From an uncultured delta proteobacterium (GTDB lineage: Bacteria; Desulfobacterota; Binatia; UBA9968), in assembly GCA_963816145.1 (NCBI GenBank), contig CAWFJP010000005.1, positions 192,001 to 256,000 on the forward strand: DNA of 64,000 nt. Direction: 5' to 3'. Numbering within the stretch: position 1 is the stretch's first letter; each line of letters begins with the position of its first letter. This document shows positions 59,308-64,000 of this stretch, piece by piece. The notes beneath the pieces were generated by a model. It saw only the letters and a program-made list of their open reading frames with translations. It was not told the origin of the DNA and ran no database searches. The position numbers and the translations under genes are program-made.

Positions 59308-60186
59308 ATGACTTCCATCCCCGCTGAGTTTTACGCCCTCGCTAATGCGTTCTTGTTTGCGGTGCACAACATCTTTACGAAAAAGGCGTTGCGCCATTCC
59401 AACCCGGCCACCGGCGTGATCAGCAGCTTGATGATCAACATCGTTTTTCTCTGGACCATGTCGATTTTGTTCGTGCCGATGGCTAACGTGACGATGGCTT
59501 CACTGCTGATTTTTGTCGCCGTCGGCTTCTTTCAACCCGGCCTGACGCGCTTGCTCACTTATAAGGGCATCGATGCGCTGGGGGTGGCGATTACCGATCC
59601 GATCCGCGCGAGCACGCCGCTGTTTAGCGCGGCCATGGCGATTGCCTTCCTTGGCGAGGAGATCACCCTGCCGATCGTGCTTGCGACGATCATGATCATC
59701 GCCGGCATCACGCTATTATCGTGGCGCCATGGGGCGATGAAGCTTGCCGGCTCGGCCCTCTTTCTCTGGTATCCCATTGCCGCATCAGTGCTGGCCGGCG
59801 CCTCCCAGGTGGTGCGCAAGTTCGGCATGGCCGCGGTGCCTCATCCGTTTCTCGCTGCGGCGGTGACCGCCAGTTCGTCGTTGGTCGTGTCGGTTGTGGT
59901 GATGTGGTACTTCGAGAAAACTGAAGTGACCTGGAAAATGAACCGCCAATGCTTTTGGTGGTTTCTCGCCGCGGGCATCACCGTCAGCTTCGGTATGACC
60001 TCGATTTACCATGCATTGGATCTCGGCAAAGTCTCGGTGGTGATTCCGCTCAGCAGCACCGCGCCGTTATTTTCGCTGATTCTCACGGCGTTATTCTTGC
60101 GCGACGTCGAACGGGTGACCTTGCGAATCATCATCAGCGCATGCATGATCGTCGGCGGGGTAGTGTTGATCAGTTGGTGGAAGTAG
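59308..60186 (+). CDS. DMT/EamA family transporter
   Basis: About 10 TM in two repeats; STPLFS..A.AFLGE and STAPLFSL..LFLRD.ERVT. Confidence 0.9.
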   Translation: MTSIPAEFYALANAFLFAVHNIFTKKALRHSNPATGVISSLMINIVFLWTMSILFVPMANVTMASLLIFVAVGFFQPGLTRLLTYKGIDALGVAITDPIRASTPLFSAAMAIAFLGEEITLPIVLATIMIIAGITLLSWRHGAMKLAGSALFLWYPIAASVLAGASQVVRKFGMAAVPHPFLAAAVTASSSLVVSVVVMWYFEKTEVTWKMNRQCFWWFLAAGITVSFGMTSIYHALDLGKVSVVIPLSSTAPLFSLILTALFLRDVERVTLRIIISACMIVGGVVLISWWK

Positions 60187-60199
60187 GGGTTAGGAAATT

Positions 60200-60277
60200 G
60201 GCCGCAAAGAACGCATAGGACACAAAATACGGATGATCAAAACTCCGACCTTCGTGTCCTTCGTGCCTTCGCGGTGA
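60200..60277. repeat. gccgcaaagaacgca / cttcgtgccttcgcggtg palindromic repeat
   Basis: Same family as 27225-27346. Confidence 0.75.
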
Positions 60278-60376
60278 TAATGTATTTGTTGACCTCAGCA
60301 GAACTTGTTTCATTAAATCTTTGCCGTCGTGTGCCATAGGGGCTCGCTTCAGCGCGGCAAGATCGTAACCGATTGG

Positions 60377-60889
60377 CTACGGTTGCTTGGGCATATTTTT
60401 CATCATGTCGTTCATATTGATATTGGGCATCCCGGGCATGGAGATGTCGCCGGGTTTCTGCCCTGGTTTACATGCTCCCACCCATTTGGCATCAACTGTC
60501 GTGGCGGACTCTTTGATGCCGTGTAGCGGCGGATTATAAGTCGATTTAATGTCGCCTTTGTAATTCGAGTCGAATTGGCCGGTGAAAACGCCCTTAGTAG
60601 TTGTCGTAGTCCCGCTCATCTTACACACCGATTCGGTGACAATTTTATTGCCTTCGCGGCGCATTTCATTTTTAGAGCAGGCTTGCTTTTCGGTTCCAGC
60701 CATATTGTTTTTCGTCAGATCGTCGGTCTTTTCGTCGATGCATTGCTGCATGGCCTGGCTGCCTTTGGTGCCGCTGTTCGACACGGTAATCTCCCATAAG
60801 CCGGATTTACGTTTGGGCATGTCGGAGCCAGCAGCGAAAGTTGTGCTCGCCGTGACAAGGAGTGTGGCGAACAACGTGGAAAGTTTCAT
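60377..60889 (-). CDS. DUF3617 family exported protein
   Basis: Signal peptide; PKRKSGLWEI, QCID and KWVGACKPGQKPGD. Confidence 0.85.
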   Translation of the reverse strand: MKLSTLFATLLVTASTTFAAGSDMPKRKSGLWEITVSNSGTKGSQAMQQCIDEKTDDLTKNNMAGTEKQACSKNEMRREGNKIVTESVCKMSGTTTTTKGVFTGQFDSNYKGDIKSTYNPPLHGIKESATTVDAKWVGACKPGQKPGDISMPGMPNINMNDMMKNMPKQP

Positions 60890-60992
60890 GGGGGGTTCTC
60901 CTAACGTAGATTTGGAGTTTTGTTGGCGGTGATCAAAGCGCGGATTTACTTACGCGACCCAGACAGTCGCAAGTGTCAAAAATCGTCGGGCG

Positions 60993-61973
60993 CTAGATTG
61001 CCGCCGGCTGATCGAGTTCGAATCCAAGATCGCGGATCATCTGGTGCGCGTCGGTGGCATCTTGGCCGGGCGTGGTGAGATAGCCATTGACGAACATCGA
61101 GTTGGCTGGATAGAGGCTCAGTGGTTGCAAAGAGCGCAAGTTCACTTCACGGCCGCCGGCGACGCGCAGTTCTTTAGTCGGATTGACGAAGCGAAACAGG
61201 CAGAGCGTTTTTAGGCAGCGCTGCGGCGTCAGTTCGCGTTTCTGCTCGAAGGGCGTCTTGGGAATCGAGTTCAAAAAATTCACCGGGATCGAGTCGATGT
61301 CCATGGCGCGCAGGGTCATCGCCAGGTTGATGATGTCGTCGTCGCTTTCGCCCATGCCGATGATGCCGCCGGAGCATGTGCCGATGCCGGCGCTCTTGAC
61401 GCTCTCGATGGTCGCGACCCGGTCGTCGTAGCTGTGGGTCGTGACGATGTCGGCGTGATGCTCGCGGCTGGTGTTCAAGTTATGATTGACCCGGCCGACG
61501 CCGGCGGCGGCGAGTTTCTGGGTCTTATCTTCGTTCATCAAACCGAGCGAACAGCAGACGTTCATACCGGTTTGGGCGCGGATCTCGCGCACCGCCGCGG
61601 TGATGTCGTCGATCTCTTTGTTGGTCGGGCCGCGGCCGCTGTTGACGATACAAAAGCGCACGGCGCCGGCTTCTTTGGCTTTGCGCGCGCTTTCGACGAG
61701 CTTGTCCTTGGACATGAAGGTATACTTGTCGACGGGTGCTTCGGAGACGGAAGATTGCGAACAGTAGTGGCAGTCTTCCGGGCACAGGCCGCTCTTGGCG
61801 TTCTGCAAGACATGGATCTGCACGCGCTTGCCATAATAATGGTGGCGCACTTTGAAGGCGGCGCTCAAGATCTCCGGCAATTGCTCGTCCGGCGCGTTCA
61901 ATATCTCTCGCAGTTCCTCGCGCTCGGGAAGGATGCCTTGCAGTGCTTTGTCCGCCAGTCGCTGAAAATCCAT
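60993..61973 (-). CDS. bioB: Biotin synthase
   Basis: CPEDCHYCSQS radical SAM motif, NHNLNTS, CSGGIIGMGE, SIPVNFL and GYLTT. Confidence 0.96.
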   Translation of the reverse strand: MDFQRLADKALQGILPEREELREILNAPDEQLPEILSAAFKVRHHYYGKRVQIHVLQNAKSGLCPEDCHYCSQSSVSEAPVDKYTFMSKDKLVESARKAKEAGAVRFCIVNSGRGPTNKEIDDITAAVREIRAQTGMNVCCSLGLMNEDKTQKLAAAGVGRVNHNLNTSREHHADIVTTHSYDDRVATIESVKSAGIGTCSGGIIGMGESDDDIINLAMTLRAMDIDSIPVNFLNSIPKTPFEQKRELTPQRCLKTLCLFRFVNPTKELRVAGGREVNLRSLQPLSLYPANSMFVNGYLTTPGQDATDAHQMIRDLGFELDQPAAI

Positions 61974-62199
61974 TCTCTGCCCTCCAAAACTAGCAAGTTT
62001 TTAACACGCGAGGTGTGGCCATGCAATCAACGAGCGGTTGGAAGCCACTAATATCTCTGTAGATTTCGCAACTCAGGTGCAATCTTCCGAATCCGCTCAA
62101 GTGGCGCGGTGAATCCACCGCAAGCGAGGCGTTCTACCCGGTAAATAGCGATTGGCGGCTGGCGAATTTACCAGTGCCAATGACGACTAAGGTAGACTT

Positions 62200-62643
62200 T
62201 CACGCGTCGGTCAGCACCCGGTGATAGCGGCCGAGGACGAAAATGAATCCCGCCAAAACGAAGTGAAAAATAATCGGGATAATGTCGCCGAACCAGCGCA
62301 TTTCGGGATGGAGAATCATGGTCAGGATATAGCGAACGACCATGAGACTGGCGTAGACGGCGCTAAATTTCATCAGGATGCCGGACCAGTGCGGTCGCAC
62401 GACGGCGAAGGCGCCTTTGCCGCGCCAGATCGCAGCAGTGATTTTAATCATCAGCATCAACATGAGAAGTTGGATGATCAGTAGCGGCGGATACGGAATC
62501 ATGCCGGAAAACCATTGTTCCATCGGCGGCAGCCAAGGCACGCCGACGAAAGCGACCAGGGCTTGGCCCAAGACACGGCCGGCAAATAAGACGGTGATGA
62601 ACGCTAACAAGGGTCCGTGAATGGGTGGTTTCTTGCTATTCAC
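62200..62643 (-). CDS. Hypothetical 4-TM membrane protein
   Basis: Four hydrophobic segments; starts 4 nt after the GH3 stop. Confidence 0.7.
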   Translation of the reverse strand: MNSKKPPIHGPLLAFITVLFAGRVLGQALVAFVGVPWLPPMEQWFSGMIPYPPLLIIQLLMLMLMIKITAAIWRGKGAFAVVRPHWSGILMKFSAVYASLMVVRYILTMILHPEMRWFGDIIPIIFHFVLAGFIFVLGRYHRVLTDA

Positions 62644-62647
62644 ATGG

Positions 62648-64000
62648 TCAAATATGGATGGTCAGCCGGGTTTCGCCAGCTTCTTCCGGCGTCGTGCTCA
62701 GCAGTTGCGCTTTGAACTGGGTATCGCGGTTGCTGCGTTGGATTGCTGCGGCAGCTTTACGGTCGAACCAACCGGCATGCATCACGCAGAGGACCGGCGC
62801 TTTGAGGCGCTGCGATTGGCGCTTCTGGCCGTATTCCAAATTCAGCATGCTTAAGTTTACATCGAGCGCGCTGAGCAGTTGCTTGAGAGCGATCTCAGTC
62901 GGTTGGGTTCCAACGAACTCGACCATGAAGGCGTAGCGCGATTGCGCCACGTCGGCAAAAGCGCGGTAATGCTGGACTGTGATGCCGGCCGTGGTTTGCG
63001 CCTCGATCATTGCATGAATCACTTGATTGACGTGGAGCTTCTCGCCGGTGATGCTGGTGACATCGCGGCCTTTACGGACAAATTCGATCAGCGGTGTGCG
63101 CTTGTAGAAACCCGCCACGCGCACCACGTCGTTGATATCGTAGCGGTACAAACCGCCGGGTGTGGTCAGGATCACACAATAATGATCGCCTTCTCTGAGT
63201 TCCGCGCAGGTGAGTGGGGCGGGCTGAGCGCTGTCGATTTCGCTTTCCGGAATGAATTCATAAAAGTTGGCGCCGACGTCGAGGATGCCGGCGGAGCCCG
63301 CATCGGAGATCGGCAAGGTCATTTGTGCTTCGCTGGCCATATATCCCAGATCTCGCACGGGAATCGAATCGCCGAACCAGCGGTGAAATTCACGCAAACG
63401 CACGCCGACGCTGCCGCCTTTCCAGCAGCCGATCATTTGCAGCTCCGGCCAATAGTCCCTGGGGCGCAGCTCGCCGTAATGGTTCACCATGCGTTCCAGC
63501 TCGGCGGCGCGGCCGGGATTTTTCTTCAATCGGGATTGCAGCGCTTGGCGGATCGAGGAGGTAAGATTACAGCCGTCGGAAATTGTGCCGTCGCGAATGT
63601 CTCTGATGATTTCGTCTTTGGCGCGGTCGGCGCTTTCGACTAGCCGCAGGATCGTGCTCGGATTAGGCGTGCCGAAAAATGAGATGCGCTGTGCCAAGGC
63701 CAGACGCATGATGAGGTAATACTTGGCGGCGAAGTCTTTGACTTCGGCGATTTCATAGGGCAGGGCGAAAGCGTTTTGGATCCAGCGCGGGCTGCTCTGA
63801 TAGATCAAGCCGGAGGCGGCGCCGAAGGGAATGTTGCCGGCAGTTTTGCCTTCGTGCGCAGCGCTGACGACGCCGAGCAGTTTGCCGTTGAACAGGCCGG
63901 GATGATCGAGGTTGGCGCGGTAATACCACAAACGCGTGAGTTGGCGATGGTTGACGCGGCTGGTCGCGGTTACCGGGATCAATTTTGGCGCGCCGGTGCT
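62648..64000 (-). CDS. GH3 family acyl-adenylate/amido synthetase-like protein (5' end outside window)
   Basis: STGAPKLIPVT at window edge, GYMASEA, FYEFIP, GGLYRYDINDVV and GEKL. Confidence 0.9.
   Translation of the reverse strand, partial: STGAPKLIPVTATSRVNHRQLTRLWYYRANLDHPGLFNGKLLGVVSAAHEGKTAGNIPFGAASGLIYQSSPRWIQNAFALPYEIAEVKDFAAKYYLIMRLALAQRISFFGTPNPSTILRLVESADRAKDEIIRDIRDGTISDGCNLTSSIRQALQSRLKKNPGRAAELERMVNHYGELRPRDYWPELQMIGCWKGGSVGVRLREFHRWFGDSIPVRDLGYMASEAQMTLPISDAGSAGILDVGANFYEFIPESEIDSAQPAPLTCAELREGDHYCVILTTPGGLYRYDINDVVRVAGFYKRTPLIEFVRKGRDVTSITGEKLHVNQVIHAMIEAQTTAGITVQHYRAFADVAQSRYAFMVEFVGTQPTEIALKQLLSALDVNLSMLNLEYGQKRQSQRLKAPVLCVMHAGWFDRKAAAAIQRSNRDTQFKAQLLSTTPEEAGETRLTIHI

Noticed and set aside
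61974-62199. BirA operator upstream of bioB
   Set aside because: No convincing TGTAAAC-N-GTTTACA-type dyad found

Overview
A 64 kb GC-rich bacterial chromosomal segment. The gene repertoire (several NitT/TauT-type and ABC_sub_bind binding proteins, Amidohydro_2 enzymes, UbiD, LLM oxidoreductase) resembles Candidatus Binatia or another deltaproteobacteria-like lineage; this is inference only. All family calls rest on motifs read by eye, with no database search. Housekeeping genes: trpE-trpG with an unannotated Trp-rich leader peptide and attenuator, tldD-pmbA, bioB, a sirtuin and an HdrF/FadF-like oxidoreductase. Main observations: (1) a rhodanese / K+-channel fusion split by an in-frame TGA at a Cys-equivalent position and followed by a SECIS-like hairpin, i.e. 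a probable selenoprotein ion channel (21976-23184); (2) a five-gene cluster with three paralogous RoxA/MauG-motif di-heme cytochromes c and a GMC oxidoreductase (51092-59038); (3) a frameshifted TM0106-type nuclease fused to an IS66 transposase, next to an integron-cassette-like DUF4160/DUF2442 pair (9394-12875); (4) a release-less A-T-KS-AT0-DH-ACP NRPS/PKS hybrid (16038-21654); (5) a repeat-flanked four-helix-bundle gene interrupted by a nested IS200/605-like MITE; (6) a dense population of short palindromic intergenic repeats, one of which appears to encode part of a signal peptide. Several single-base frameshifts in otherwise intact genes suggest assembly indel errors. No rRNA, tRNA or CRISPR array was seen.
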